From an uncultured archaeon (GTDB lineage Archaea; Aenigmatarchaeota; Aenigmatarchaeia; PWEA01; JAGHBM01), in NCBI GenBank assembly GCA_964584335.1, contig CAZOZN010000002.1:66974-130973 (forward strand): a stretch of DNA of 64,000 nt. Direction: 5' to 3'. The position numbers and the translations under genes were made by a program. The notes under the pieces are model-generated. The model searched no databases. It saw nothing but the letters and a program-made list of their open reading frames with translations, and was not told the DNA's origin. Positions 27,255 through 38,228 of the stretch are shown here, piece after piece. The first letter of the stretch is position 1; each line of letters starts with the position of its first letter.

Positions 27255-29045
27255 ATGGATTTTAAAAGGTTGGCAGAAGCGGCTGATGAATACGAAAAAA
27301 AACAACAAAAAAAAGAATCGAAGGAAAATCTAAAAAAAACAAAAGTAAAAATAAAAAGCCAGCTTCCAAAAGAGATGCAATTTGAAGACCCAGAAAAACA
27401 AATGCCAAAATTGTCAAATCTAATAAAAAAGATGAGCAAGTATCTTTCCAAAAAAGAAGAAAAAAAGAAAGGCGTCAAAGGTATAAGGATACCGGATATA
27501 GAAATAACAGGATACAAAACAAAAACAAAAAATAAAATAGACATAACAAAAATAAACATATCGTATCCGCTAACACCTATGAATCCGAAGAAAGGTGAGG
27601 AAATATACGCCTATGCAAAGATAAAATGGGATGCAAAAAAAAGTGTTTTGGTTTATGAGGTGGTAGAACCTGAACTTAACAAAAAAGATGAAGAAATTTT
27701 AGAAAAAATCAAGAAGACTATACAAGAAAGGCTTGACGTTGACTTCACAAGATTGAACACCAAGAGTGCAATGAACTATCTTGACCAGAAATTCAACGAG
27801 ATTTTAGACTTTCTGGGTTATTATCCAACAAAAAAAGAAAGAAAGATAATAAGATATTACATTTACAGAGATTTTATAGGGCTTGGGAAAATAGAACCAT
27901 TGATGCATGACCCTTACATAGAAGATGTTTCTTGTGACGGGCTTAACATACCAATATACGCATATCACAGAAATCCTTATATAGGCTCAATAGAAACAAA
28001 TGTATTCTTTGAAGAAGAGGAAAAACTGGATTCTTTTATAATGAGACTTGCACAAAAATCAGAGAAATCTGTATCTATGGCAGAACCACTTGTAGACGCT
28101 AGTTTGCCTGACGGGAGCAGAATACAGCTGACATTTGGTACTGATATAGCAATGAAAGGAAGCAACTTTACAATAAGAAAATTTACAAAAGATCCTATAA
28201 CACCAATAGACTTGATGAATTCCGGTTCACTTGATAGTAAGATGCTTGCCTATCTTTGGTTCTGTATAGAGCACGGTAAAAGCATGCTTCTGTCCGGCGG
28301 TACTGCAACAGGTAAGACTACACTTCTTAATGTGCTTTCCATGTTCATCAAACCCAACATGAAAATAGTTTCTATAGAAGATACTCCTGAATTGAGATTT
28401 TCTCATCCTCATTGGGTACCTGAAGTGGCCAGAGAAGCGATATCAGAAATAGGAGGCAAAAAGATGGGTCATGTGGACCTGTTCGACCTCTTAAAAGAAA
28501 GTCTAAGGCAAAGACCGGACTACATAATAGTAGGTGAGGTTAGAGGTAAAGAGGCTTATGTTTTATTCCAGCAAATGGCAACAGGTCACCCCGGCCTTTC
28601 TACCATACACGCAGAAACAGTTGAAAAACTAATTGACAGACTGACCACAGAACCTATAAATTTACCCCCGAGTCTTATAGAAAACTTGGACATAATAATA
28701 TTTTTGTCAAGAATAAAAAGAAAGGACAAGTACGAAAGAAGAGTGAAGCAGATAATGGAAATGGAAGGATATGACATAAAAGAGGAAAAAGTCAATACAA
28801 ACGAAGTTTTTAAATGGGATCCAGTAAAAGATGTTTTCAATTCATCTGGAAGTGTCATACTACAAAAGATATCAGAACAAACAGGCATTCCTGAAGACGA
28901 GGTAGAAAAAGAAATTGAAAACAGAGTAAAGGTTCTTGAGTGGGGCAAGAAAAAAGGAATAAAAGATTACAAGAACTTCGGAAGATTAGTAAGAACCTAT
29001 TATGCGAATTCTGAGAACTTGATGAAAAAAATAAAAGGTATATAA
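27255..29045 (+). CDS. Type IV pilus/type II secretion assembly ATPase (VirB11/FlaI-like)
   Basis: Walker A GGTATGKT, SIEDTPE, LRQRPDYIIVGEVRG, TGH. Confidence 0.95.
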   Translation: MDFKRLAEAADEYEKKQQKKESKENLKKTKVKIKSQLPKEMQFEDPEKQMPKLSNLIKKMSKYLSKKEEKKKGVKGIRIPDIEITGYKTKTKNKIDITKINISYPLTPMNPKKGEEIYAYAKIKWDAKKSVLVYEVVEPELNKKDEEILEKIKKTIQERLDVDFTRLNTKSAMNYLDQKFNEILDFLGYYPTKKERKIIRYYIYRDFIGLGKIEPLMHDPYIEDVSCDGLNIPIYAYHRNPYIGSIETNVFFEEEEKLDSFIMRLAQKSEKSVSMAEPLVDASLPDGSRIQLTFGTDIAMKGSNFTIRKFTKDPITPIDLMNSGSLDSKMLAYLWFCIEHGKSMLLSGGTATGKTTLLNVLSMFIKPNMKIVSIEDTPELRFSHPHWVPEVAREAISEIGGKKMGHVDLFDLLKESLRQRPDYIIVGEVRGKEAYVLFQQMATGHPGLSTIHAETVEKLIDRLTTEPINLPPSLIENLDIIIFLSRIKRKDKYERRVKQIMEMEGYDIKEEKVNTNEVFKWDPVKDVFNSSGSVILQKISEQTGIPEDEVEKEIENRVKVLEWGKKKGIKDYKNFGRLVRTYYANSENLMKKIKGI

Positions 29046-29046
29046 A

Positions 29047-29943
29047 ATGAATCCAAGTGCTGACTTAATAGAAAAATATAAAAATTTCTCATATAGAACT
29101 TTATCACCAAAAATAGAGAATTACATGAGTTCTTTTGAAAGTATTGTCATAGACTTGAAAAAGGCTGGTATGAAAATAAGCCTTTTGGAATATATGTCAA
29201 CGGCGCTAATGACTTCTATCATAGTTTTCATTATAGAATTCCCCTTTGTCTTCATGATAACTCTATTTATTCCAAATTTTTCTGCGGCAATGGGGTTTAT
29301 ATTCTCTTTCTCTCTTTCAATAGTATTTTCAGTATCAATATTTTTCTTTTTTTACCTTTATCCTTCTATGACTGCTGCAGGCAGGAAAAAAAATATAGAT
29401 TTTTCTCTTCCTTTCTCAACTTTATACATGGCAACTGTAAGCGGGGGTAGTGCACCTCCAAAGGCCATGTTTAAAATACTTTCAAAATTCGAAGAATACG
29501 GGGAAATAACAAAAGAATCCAAAGAAATAGTAAGAAACGTAGAAATATTCGGGATGAGTATAAGAGAGGCGATAAAAAGATCAGCAGATAAGTCACCTTC
29601 TGAAGAATTTAAAGAGCTTCTGTGGGGAATAGATACCACGCTATCTACTGGTGGAGACCTATCACAATATCTTCACGGAAAAGCGAGAGGCTTCATAAAA
29701 AACTATAAAAAAATGATGAGGGAATATGCAGAAAAGGTTTCCACTTTACTCGAAATTTATGTAACACTCATAGTAGTTGGTTCGATATTTTTTATTGTAG
29801 TATCTTCGATGATGAGTGCCTTCGGCTCTGGTATGATGGACATGATAGTAATAATACAGTTCTTTGTTATATTCTTCGGCCTACCGGTAGTTTCACTCGT
29901 GTTTATAGTTATACTAAAATATATGTCTCCAAATGTTGGTTAA
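29047..29943 (+). CDS. Pilus membrane platform protein (TadC/FlaJ-like, T2SS-F)
   Basis: TM pattern with YP..., YGEITKE, SPSEEFKELL motifs, downstream of the ATPase. Confidence 0.88.
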   Translation: MNPSADLIEKYKNFSYRTLSPKIENYMSSFESIVIDLKKAGMKISLLEYMSTALMTSIIVFIIEFPFVFMITLFIPNFSAAMGFIFSFSLSIVFSVSIFFFFYLYPSMTAAGRKKNIDFSLPFSTLYMATVSGGSAPPKAMFKILSKFEEYGEITKESKEIVRNVEIFGMSIREAIKRSADKSPSEEFKELLWGIDTTLSTGGDLSQYLHGKARGFIKNYKKMMREYAEKVSTLLEIYVTLIVVGSIFFIVVSSMMSAFGSGMMDMIVIIQFFVIFFGLPVVSLVFIVILKYMSPNVG

Positions 29944-29944
29944 G

Positions 29945-30904
29945 ATGAAAGATTTCAAAGATTGGGAAACAATAGATTATATAAAATTTGTACCGCCTAC
30001 AATAGGCATACTAATAATAATATTTGTATCCATAGTCTCGCTTGGAGATGTGGGCATACTTGGTGTTACTTGTTTATTCTCAATGTTAATAAGTGCTATA
30101 CCCTATTTCATTTACTCTTACATAAGAAAAAGAGAAGTTTCTGCTATGGAAGACCAGCTTCCAAATTTCTTAAGGGATCTGGTAGAAGAAGCGAGAAGTG
30201 GGATGACGCTTCCAAGGTCTATAGAACTAAGTTCAAAAGTAGATTATGGAAGATTATCAAAAGAAGTTAAAAAAATGTATAATCAATTGACTTGGGGAGT
30301 TCCCCTAGAAGAAGTATTAAAAATGTTCTCAAAGAGAGTAAAGGAGAGTCATCTTATAAAGAGGTCAATGGACATACTAATAGAATCACATAAGAGTGGT
30401 GGAGATATTGTTTCTACAATGGAAAGTGTTGCTCTGGATAGTGCTTTAGTTAAATCATCTGAAAACGAAAAAAAGAGCAATATGATGCGTCATACACTTT
30501 CACTTTACCTCATATATTTTATGTTTGTAGGTGTGTTGCTTGCGCTTACAAATGTACTTACTTCTATGCTCGGTAACATGAGCGGAGGTTTCTCTGGTAT
30601 GGGAGGATTATCAGGAATTGGGTTAGAAATGACAGGTCCTTGTGCAGGCGATCCTAAAGGAGTTACCGGGGGTATATGCTCGTTTTTCTCGGGGCCATGC
30701 AGAGTCTTTGATTTTGGAACAGGAAGTGATTGTTACTACAAATCAATGTTTCTTTATATGATACTCATACAAGGATTGTGTTCAGGGTTGGTGGCCGGAC
30801 AAGCCGGTTCAGAATCTTTGTCTGAGGGATTTAAACACGGTTTGGTTATGATGGGAATAGGTTTCCCTGTTTTTATACTAGTACTCAAAACTGGATTAAT
30901 TTAA
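29945..30904 (+). CDS. Second pilus membrane platform protein (TadB/TadC-like)
   Basis: EDQLPNFLRDL...SGMTL...YGRLSKEV...WG motif. Confidence 0.88.
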   Translation: MKDFKDWETIDYIKFVPPTIGILIIIFVSIVSLGDVGILGVTCLFSMLISAIPYFIYSYIRKREVSAMEDQLPNFLRDLVEEARSGMTLPRSIELSSKVDYGRLSKEVKKMYNQLTWGVPLEEVLKMFSKRVKESHLIKRSMDILIESHKSGGDIVSTMESVALDSALVKSSENEKKSNMMRHTLSLYLIYFMFVGVLLALTNVLTSMLGNMSGGFSGMGGLSGIGLEMTGPCAGDPKGVTGGICSFFSGPCRVFDFGTGSDCYYKSMFLYMILIQGLCSGLVAGQAGSESLSEGFKHGLVMMGIGFPVFILVLKTGLI

Positions 30905-30917
30905 AAGAAGATGCCTT

Positions 30918-31373
30918 ATGAAAGGACAAGGTAATATAGAATACATAGTCTCAATGGTAATTTTTGTAATAATTGTAATATACATCTCTTTTCAGGTAGC
31001 AAACAACATACCTTTTTATCACTCAAATAGTGTTGAAAATAGATTAAAAAGCAACTGTATAAGAATAACAGAAACAATGATAAAAAATACTGATTCTAAT
31101 TACGGGTTTGCGGAAAAACCATACGAACTTAACGATACAAAAATTTATCTTTTTGGCCAGATGTGTTCTGTAGACTCAAACTATGAAAACGTTTTAAGCG
31201 ACTACTTCAAATTAAGCAACACAAGCGATTTTCAGCTTTCTGTAGAGGTTAACAGTACCTTGAACTTTATTTGCGGTGTAGATTTTTTACCGACACAGTC
31301 AGTATCTACAAGCATGGAAAGGTATGCAACAACTGACGGTCAAACAACAAAAATAAAACTAACTTTGTGGTAG
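30918..31373 (+). CDS. Minor pilin-like protein
   Basis: MKG/QGNIEY class III signal. Confidence 0.75.
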   Translation: MKGQGNIEYIVSMVIFVIIVIYISFQVANNIPFYHSNSVENRLKSNCIRITETMIKNTDSNYGFAEKPYELNDTKIYLFGQMCSVDSNYENVLSDYFKLSNTSDFQLSVEVNSTLNFICGVDFLPTQSVSTSMERYATTDGQTTKIKLTLW

Positions 31374-31374
31374 A

Positions 31375-32676
31375 ATGAAGAAAGGAATAGTTCATATGTT
31401 GGAAGCGATACTGGTTTCATTAACCTTTGCAATGGTCGTGCCGCTTCTTCTTTACCCGGTGGCAAGTCAAACTGATTGGAATTATATTCAGATGTCATTA
31501 AACGGACAAGATATATTATCAACACTGGATGGAATACCTGATGGGGGAGAAAATTATCTCCAAAATATAATGGAAAAGGATACAAAAACAATAAACAATT
31601 TTGTAACCAGTGAATTCTCGCAGCTAAGGACAAAAAAAATAAGCTATGGCATTAAAACAGAAAATTCAATAAAAAATGAAATATTGATTGGTTTTAACTG
31701 CACAACAAACTGTCATTTGGGTAGCGCAGAAGAAGAGAAAAAATACATAGAAGATATACTAAATAAAGCTTACATAAACGGTAGATATATTCACTTCAGG
31801 GTTTTTCCTTTTTCATATGAAAATATAAACAGGAAAAAATTTGATGTCATTTTTATAAGGGGAAATCAACAGAGAATTAACGCAAATAATAAAATCAACA
31901 TAATAAGAGAATTTACTGATAAAGGTGTCGGTATATTTGGGTTCTACAACATAAGCGTGGTAGGAAATTTAGAAGACGAAATATTTGGATTGACTGTGGG
32001 TGCTGGAACAGACGGAGACCTTGATTTCGTAAATAAAAAAAATGTATCAAAACCAAATTATGAAATACAAAAAATGTTTTACGGTACAGGGTTAACAAAG
32101 AATTTTTCAGTGCCTGTTGAAATTGTGCTCTGGGGAGAAAAATACTTAACAAGAGAAACACCAAGCAATCCAAACTCAATTGATATTGACAATAATACGG
32201 ATGGTACATATGATATAACTGTCAGTGAAGGTGATTTTTTTGAATTAGAAAATCCATCTGGTCCAAATCAAATTATCAAGGTTGATAAAATAAACACAAC
32301 CGAAAAGACATACAGCATGAGTTTTCAAAGAAACAATGATTACGAATTTGAAAATTTAACGGAAGGTTGTTTACTGAGTCCGACATCAAAAAGGGGCATA
32401 TCAAATGTAGTAATTCAAACATCGGACGGGAAAGGCGGTTTGATAGTTAACGGTACAAAAAATTCTTTTTGGAGGTCTGCTTGGATGCCAAACCCCGGAG
32501 CAGACGATATAAATGCACTAGCAAAAAGTTCTGTAATATGGGTAACTCAAAAGGAATGGTGGAATGTTATGAGAACTGTTTCCGATGAATTTACTAAAGT
32601 TGGTTATTTTGTTTCTCAAGGAGAAGAATTTCATGAACCTTACTGGATTGAAATAAATCTTTGGAATATATACTAA
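31375..32676 (+). CDS. Large minor pilin/adhesin-like protein
   Basis: MKKG/IVHMLEA signal followed by a hydrophobic helix. Confidence 0.7.
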   Translation: MKKGIVHMLEAILVSLTFAMVVPLLLYPVASQTDWNYIQMSLNGQDILSTLDGIPDGGENYLQNIMEKDTKTINNFVTSEFSQLRTKKISYGIKTENSIKNEILIGFNCTTNCHLGSAEEEKKYIEDILNKAYINGRYIHFRVFPFSYENINRKKFDVIFIRGNQQRINANNKINIIREFTDKGVGIFGFYNISVVGNLEDEIFGLTVGAGTDGDLDFVNKKNVSKPNYEIQKMFYGTGLTKNFSVPVEIVLWGEKYLTRETPSNPNSIDIDNNTDGTYDITVSEGDFFELENPSGPNQIIKVDKINTTEKTYSMSFQRNNDYEFENLTEGCLLSPTSKRGISNVVIQTSDGKGGLIVNGTKNSFWRSAWMPNPGADDINALAKSSVIWVTQKEWWNVMRTVSDEFTKVGYFVSQGEEFHEPYWIEINLWNIY

Positions 32677-32703
32677 TTTAAGTTTTAAGTTATAATTTCT
32701 TCT

Positions 32704-33369
32704 ATGAAGTCAAAATTTTGTCCAGTTTGTGGAAGAGAAACAGATTTGATAATTGAAAAGCTATGTAGCAGATGTTTCAAAGAAAAAAACAAGCTTGCAA
32801 CAATTCCAGAAGAAATAAAGATAACAGTATGTAAGAATTGTGGAAAAATAAAAGAAACAAAGGTTAACAAAATAACTGAAAGAGGATTAAGAGAAATAAT
32901 ACTGAAAAATATTAAAATAAATGGAAAAAAAGAAAAAATAAAAATTAAAAAAATTAAAGAGATGCCAAAAAAAATAAAATTTGAAATAAAAGTAACCGGA
33001 CTTTTAAAGGGAGTAATTGAAAAAAAAGAGACATTGGAGACAAAAATAATAATAAAAGATAGGCTTTGTGATATTTGTGGTAAAGTAAAGGGGGGTTATT
33101 ACGAAGCTGTCATACAACTAAGGTCAGAAAACGAGGAAAAAAATAATGATGCTTTATTTTTCTTGGAAAATGAAATAAATAAAAAAGGGTTTCTAACAAA
33201 AATAGAAGAAAAAAAGAAAGGTTTTGATGTTTATTTTGCACCGAAAAAAATAGCCAACAATATTATAAAAAACATAAAGGATGTAAAAGAAATAAAAAAA
33301 TCATACACGCTGGCGACAAAGAAAGATGGTAGGGATTTATATAGGAATACTATATTAGTTAGATTGTGA
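32704..33369 (+). CDS. NMD3-family protein (short form)
   Basis: Four CxxC motifs, YYEAVIQLR. Confidence 0.85.
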   Translation: MKSKFCPVCGRETDLIIEKLCSRCFKEKNKLATIPEEIKITVCKNCGKIKETKVNKITERGLREIILKNIKINGKKEKIKIKKIKEMPKKIKFEIKVTGLLKGVIEKKETLETKIIIKDRLCDICGKVKGGYYEAVIQLRSENEEKNNDALFFLENEINKKGFLTKIEEKKKGFDVYFAPKKIANNIIKNIKDVKEIKKSYTLATKKDGRDLYRNTILVRL

Positions 33370-33373
33370 TTTA

Positions 33374-33661
33374 ATGGAAGACGAAATAGTAAGAGTAAGA
33401 ATGCCCAAAAAGGGAGAATTGTTTGGCAGAGTAGTGAGTTTGCTCGGATCAAGTAGGCTGCAAGTTGATTGTGAAGATGGAAAAGAAAGAGTATGCAGAA
33501 TACCCGGAAAATTAAGAAAAAGAGTATGGACAAGGGTGGATGATATTGTACTTATAAAGCCATGGGATGTTCAGAGTGATTCAAGAGGAGACTTGGTCTG
33601 GAGATATAGAAAAAATGAAGTTGGTTTTTTGAGGAGAAAGGGATATATAAAAGATTTATAG
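33374..33661 (+). CDS. eif1a: Translation initiation factor aIF-1A
   Basis: CEDGKERVCRIPGKLRKRVW; RGDLVWRY. Confidence 0.95.
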   Translation: MEDEIVRVRMPKKGELFGRVVSLLGSSRLQVDCEDGKERVCRIPGKLRKRVWTRVDDIVLIKPWDVQSDSRGDLVWRYRKNEVGFLRRKGYIKDL

Positions 33662-33669
33662 GTAAAATA

Positions 33670-34155
33670 ATGATAAAAAATTTAAAGATTCCTGAAAAAA
33701 GAATCCCTATAATTAAGTCTTGTAAAAAAAAACTTGAAGAAAAAACAAAGACAAAGTTGACAATAGAAGAAAAAGAGATAAAAATATCAGGAGAACCTAT
33801 TGAAACTTGGAGAACAGTAGATATTGTAAAGGCTATTGGCAGGGGTTTCAATCCTGATAAGTCCCTTGATTTATTGGACGAAGAAAAATCACTTTATATT
33901 ATAAAGTTAAAAGAATACCAAAAAACGGAAAAGGGAATAAAAAGATTAAAAAGTAGGATAATTGGAAGACAAGGAAAAAGTAAAAATACGATAGAGGAAA
34001 TAGGAAATTGCAATATATCTGTTTACGGAAAAACTGTATCAGTTATAGGTGAATCAAAAAAAATTAATTGTGTGGTAAGCGGAATAGAAATGCTTATAAA
34101 TGGGTCTAAACATAATAAAGTTTATAATTTTTTACGAAGGTGTTTGAATGGCTGA
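33670..34155 (+). CDS. KH-domain RNA-processing protein (Dim2/Pno1-like)
   Basis: [26 protein letters not shown] motifs. Confidence 0.9.
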   Translation: MIKNLKIPEKRIPIIKSCKKKLEEKTKTKLTIEEKEIKISGEPIETWRTVDIVKAIGRGFNPDKSLDLLDEEKSLYIIKLKEYQKTEKGIKRLKSRIIGRQGKSKNTIEEIGNCNISVYGKTVSVIGESKKINCVVSGIEMLINGSKHNKVYNFLRRCLNG

Positions 34156-35761
34156 AAAAATAATAACAGCAAAAGAAATGGCAAAAGAACAGAGAGCTAT
34201 ATCGGTGGCTGAGTTCTTCGAAAAGAACAGACACTTGCTTGGTTTTGACAATCCTACAAAATCACTTTTGACCGTAGTTAAAGAAGCTGTAGATAACGCT
34301 TTGGATGCATGTGAAGAAGCAAACATTCTTCCGGAAATAAAAGTAAAGATAAAAGAAATGGAAGAAAACAGATACAAAGTAATGATAGAAGATAATGGTC
34401 CCGGTATATTGAGAGAACAAATACCAAGAATATTCGCAAAACTTCTTTATGGTTCAAAGTTTCATAGGTTAAGACAAAGCAGAGGACAGCAGGGCATAGG
34501 AATATCAGCGTCTGTTCTTTACGGACAGTTGACAACAGGATATCCTGCAGTAATATACAGCAAACCCAAATCAAAAGGCAAGACCCATGTTTTTCATCTA
34601 AAAATAGATACCATAAAAAATGAACCGGAGATAATCAAGGAAGACATAAAGGAGGACGGGCTGGAACATACCGGAACAAAAATAACTCTAATAATAGAAG
34701 GTAAGTACGTACAAAGATATCACTCCCCGGATGAATATATGAAACAAACAGCAATAGTAAATCCATGGGCAAAATTATCATACAAGTCACCAGACGGTAA
34801 AAAATATGATTTTCCGAGAGTAGTTAAAAAATTATCAAGGAGGCCGAAGGAAATAAAACCGCATCCTCATGGAGTTGAACTTGGGATTCTAATAAGAATG
34901 TTAAAAAATACCAAATCTAGAAACATTTCCGGTTTTTTACAAAATGAATTTTGCAGGGTAGGTTCAACATCAGCAGAAGAAATATGCAGACTGGCTGGTC
35001 TAAGCCTAGAAGATAATCCCAAAAAAATAACTCATCAATCACAGCAAAAACTCTTGAAGGCAATGCAAAGAGTAAAATTAATGAGGCCTCCAACAAATTG
35101 TCTATCACCTATAGGAGATAAAATACTCGAAGAAGGATTAAAAAAAGAAATAAACTCAGATTTTATAAGTACCATAACAAGAGAACCTTCAGTTTATAGA
35201 GGAATACCCTTTCAGATAGAGGCGGGTATAGCTTATGGTGGTGAATTGAAAAGCGAAGAAAATGAAATAAAAAACTCGAACCAAGTAAAACTGATGAGAT
35301 TCGCAAATAAAATACCGTTACTTTACGAGCCTTCGGGTTGCGCCATAACAAAAGCAGTTTCATCTATAAGATGGAGGAGATACGGTCTTGAGCAAAGTGG
35401 AAAAAATCTCCCAAGAGGCCCAGCAGTGATAGTAGTTCATATAGCATCTGCTTGGGTACCTTACACATCGGAAGGAAAAGAATCCATAGCAAACTATCCT
35501 GAAATAATAAAAGAAATAAAACTGGCTGTTCAAGACTGTGCAAGAAAAATGCTAAGACATATAAGAAAGAAAACAAAAGCAAAAAGAGAAACAGAAAGAT
35601 TAAATATATTTGAAAGCTACATACCTCTGATAATAGAAGGTGCAAAAGAACTTACCGGAGAAAAGAAAAAGATTGACCCGAAGCCTATAATAAATAAGGT
35701 TATAAAAAAGGAATTGATTAATTATGACAAAGAAAGGAAAAGAAATAAAGAAGAAGCTTGA
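34148..35761 (+). CDS. top6B: DNA topoisomerase VI subunit B
   Basis: [31 protein letters not shown]. Confidence 0.97.
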   Translation: MAEKIITAKEMAKEQRAISVAEFFEKNRHLLGFDNPTKSLLTVVKEAVDNALDACEEANILPEIKVKIKEMEENRYKVMIEDNGPGILREQIPRIFAKLLYGSKFHRLRQSRGQQGIGISASVLYGQLTTGYPAVIYSKPKSKGKTHVFHLKIDTIKNEPEIIKEDIKEDGLEHTGTKITLIIEGKYVQRYHSPDEYMKQTAIVNPWAKLSYKSPDGKKYDFPRVVKKLSRRPKEIKPHPHGVELGILIRMLKNTKSRNISGFLQNEFCRVGSTSAEEICRLAGLSLEDNPKKITHQSQQKLLKAMQRVKLMRPPTNCLSPIGDKILEEGLKKEINSDFISTITREPSVYRGIPFQIEAGIAYGGELKSEENEIKNSNQVKLMRFANKIPLLYEPSGCAITKAVSSIRWRRYGLEQSGKNLPRGPAVIVVHIASAWVPYTSEGKESIANYPEIIKEIKLAVQDCARKMLRHIRKKTKAKRETERLNIFESYIPLIIEGAKELTGEKKKIDPKPIINKVIKKELINYDKERKRNKEEA

Positions 35762-36812
35762 GAACATCGGAGAAGAAGTGCTTAAGGACGTAAAGAAAAA
35801 CAAAGTCCCCAAGCTGCAGATACCTGCTAGAGTAACAAAGAATATAGTATTTGATCCAAAATATCTTTGTTATGTTCTCGGTGATAAAACGCTTACAAGA
35901 AGCGCGGGTAACATAAGACATGTAAAATCATTAGCACAAATGCTAAAGGTTGCATCATTCTGCAAGGAAATTGTAGACGGCACCAAGCATGAGACAAAGA
36001 GAGGTTTGTATTATATATCAGAATCTTGGGGAGAAAAACTAAAATTTGATATACAGCAAGAATCAGACAATTTAATAGAAGATATTGAAGCCATTATAGG
36101 AAACCCAAGAGAAGACATACACATAATTCCCAACCCCGCTGGTTCCGTATACGGTGACCTTACATTAAGATTCAAAAACCCGAGCGGAAAAATGATGGAA
36201 ATAAATTGCCTAAAGACTGCAGACGGACAGACAATAGGACCCAGAATGTGTGAAGCAGAGATAAAAAAATGCAAAGCTGACAAGATAATAGCAATAGAGA
36301 CCGCAGGCATGTATAACAGGCTGATGGAAGAAAATGCCCATGAAAAATTTAATGCAATTCTCGTCAACTTGGGAGGTCAGGCAACAAGAGCAACCAGAAG
36401 GTTAATAAAAAGAATAAATGAGATAAAGAAAATACCGGTTTTCATATTCACAGACGGTGACCCTTGGGGACTGCACATAGCCATGGTGGTAATGGCTGGC
36501 TCAGCAAAATCAGCGCATATCAACAAAATGCTTGCTACCCCATCGGCAACTTGGATTGGAGTGACTGCAAGCGATATTAAAAACTATAAGCTGAGGTCAG
36601 ATAAGCTGAGGGACGTTGACCTAAGAAGGATAAAAGAACTTAAAAAAGACCCCAGATATAAAAAAGATAACAGACTTCAAAAAGAACTAGAAACATGGGA
36701 AAAGATAAAAAAGAAAGCAGAACAACAGGCACTCCTAAAGTACGGTCTGAGATATGTTGTAGATGATTATTTGCCTGCTAAATTTAAAGAACTTGGGGTA
36801 AAGGTAAAATAA
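35724..36812 (+). CDS. top6A: DNA topoisomerase VI subunit A
   Basis: RGLYY catalytic Tyr, AIET, DGDPWG, KAEQQ. Confidence 0.96.
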   Translation: MTKKGKEIKKKLENIGEEVLKDVKKNKVPKLQIPARVTKNIVFDPKYLCYVLGDKTLTRSAGNIRHVKSLAQMLKVASFCKEIVDGTKHETKRGLYYISESWGEKLKFDIQQESDNLIEDIEAIIGNPREDIHIIPNPAGSVYGDLTLRFKNPSGKMMEINCLKTADGQTIGPRMCEAEIKKCKADKIIAIETAGMYNRLMEENAHEKFNAILVNLGGQATRATRRLIKRINEIKKIPVFIFTDGDPWGLHIAMVVMAGSAKSAHINKMLATPSATWIGVTASDIKNYKLRSDKLRDVDLRRIKELKKDPRYKKDNRLQKELETWEKIKKKAEQQALLKYGLRYVVDDYLPAKFKELGVKVK

Positions 36813-36869
36813 AACTTAAATACTTCTTATTACCCATATTTGACATAGAAATAAGATTTTGTATTTAAT

Positions 36870-36976
36870 GCCTCGGTAGCTCAGCGGAAGAGCGCTCGGC
36901 TGTTAACCGGAAGGTCGCAGGTTCAAAAAAGTTTTCATTTTTAAAGAAAACTTAGAAATTCCTGCCCGAGGCGCCA
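36870..36976 (+). tRNA. tRNA-Asn(GUU) with a T-loop intron (59/60)
   Basis: GCCUCGG/CCGAGGC acceptor, CU-GUU-AA loop, CCA; intron 36928-36959 with AAGUUUUC/GAAAACUU stem. Confidence 0.9.
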
Positions 36977-37011
36977 CATTATAAATAACAAAAAATAGAA
37001 AAATAACTTAA

Positions 37012-37138
37012 GGGGAGGTAGCTCAGCCTGGGAGAGCGCTACCCTGAAGATTGCGGATATTGCAATTTAGATAGGTAGTTGTCGTGGGTTCAAAAATGAT
37101 GCAATCAAGCATCCTTGATTTTCCCACCCTTCCCACCA
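37012..37138 (+). tRNA. tRNA-Phe(GAA) with two introns (37/38 and 59/60)
   Basis: GGGGAGG/CCUUCCC acceptor, CUACC/GGUAG stem, CCA; introns 37050-37072 and 37095-37121. Confidence 0.9.
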
Positions 37139-37150
37139 AAAGGTGATTAA

Positions 37151-37678
37151 ATGAAAATAAAATTAGTACAGTTAGACGATAAAAATTCAGACTTGATAAA
37201 AATAATAGCAAACAATCTAAATAAAAAATTTAAAAACAAGTTCTTTTTCGGAGGAATAAAAAAAATTCCTGAAAAATCTTATGATAAATTCAAAGATCAG
37301 TATAATTCAAAAATTATAATGGATTTTTTACTAAACGAGAGAGGAAACAGCGAAAAAATAATAGGAATAACTTCAAAAGATATTTTTTATAATGATTTAA
37401 ACTTCGTATTCGGTTTAGCAGACAAAGACGCTTCATTGATAAGTACTTCTAGACTTGATCCAAGTTTCTATGGAGAAACCAAAAATTTTGATTTGTTATT
37501 AAAAAGAACTTCAAAAGAAGTCATAAACGAACTTGGTTATATGTTTGGACTAAAAGAATGTAAAAACCCCAGTTGTGTTATGTCAAAGTCCAAATCAATA
37601 TCATATATAGACGACAAAAAAGATGATTTTTGCAAGGATTGTTCATTGAATATTTCAATGGAAGGTATAGCTATATGA
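37151..37678 (+). CDS. Archaemetzincin-like protein lacking the catalytic Zn His ligands
   Basis: QYNS, DIFYNDLNFVFGLA, KEVINELGYMFGLKECKNPSCVM, FCKDC. Confidence 0.85.
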   Translation: MKIKLVQLDDKNSDLIKIIANNLNKKFKNKFFFGGIKKIPEKSYDKFKDQYNSKIIMDFLLNERGNSEKIIGITSKDIFYNDLNFVFGLADKDASLISTSRLDPSFYGETKNFDLLLKRTSKEVINELGYMFGLKECKNPSCVMSKSKSISYIDDKKDDFCKDCSLNISMEGIAI

Positions 37679-38220
37679 AAAAGAAAGACAAGATATTCAA
37701 AGCAAAAATGGAAGGTAATGATGTCATAGTCTGGGACAGTCCCGAGGAAGTATACGAACTTGGTTGTTACGGTAAAATAGTCGATGACCATTTAATTTTA
37801 AGCCATTGTGAAGCACTTCATTTAATAGAGAGAAAAAGATTAGAAGTCAAGGAAGGTAGGAAAAAACTCAAGAAAAAAAAATTCTATGAGAAAGCATGCG
37901 AAACAGATGAAGAATTCCCACAGAAGTATATTGTTTACAAAGATTTAAGAGAAAGAGGATTTTTGGTAAGAACTGGATTCAAATTCGGTACACATTTTAG
38001 GGTATATGATAGAGGTGTTAAGTTAAAAAGAGGGCCAAAGTCTGCAAAAGAACACACGAAATGGGTTGTTCATGCTATACCAGAAAAATTCAAATACTCC
38101 TACGCGGAATTATCAAGGGCAGTAAGGCTGGCTCAAAATATAAGGACTCATTTGATTTGGGCTGTAGTAGACGAAGAAGGAGATGTTACTTATTACGAAA
38201 TAACCAGAATAACACCATAG
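37675..38220 (+). CDS. endA: tRNA-splicing endonuclease (tRNA-intron lyase)
   Basis: EALHL, YIVYKDLRERG, TGFKFGTHFRVY...H, AVVDEEGDVTYY; ATG 37675 overlaps the upstream stop. Confidence 0.95.
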   Translation: MKKKDKIFKAKMEGNDVIVWDSPEEVYELGCYGKIVDDHLILSHCEALHLIERKRLEVKEGRKKLKKKKFYEKACETDEEFPQKYIVYKDLRERGFLVRTGFKFGTHFRVYDRGVKLKRGPKSAKEHTKWVVHAIPEKFKYSYAELSRAVRLAQNIRTHLIWAVVDEEGDVTYYEITRITP

Positions 38221-38228
38221 GTGATTAA

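Noticed and set aside
24802-32676. Archaellum (motility) operon
   Set aside because: No FlaH/FlaF/FlaG; short pilins and two TadC-like genes indicate a type IV pilus.
37023-37211. 62-aa minus-strand ORF
   Set aside because: Antisense to tRNA-Phe and the next gene.
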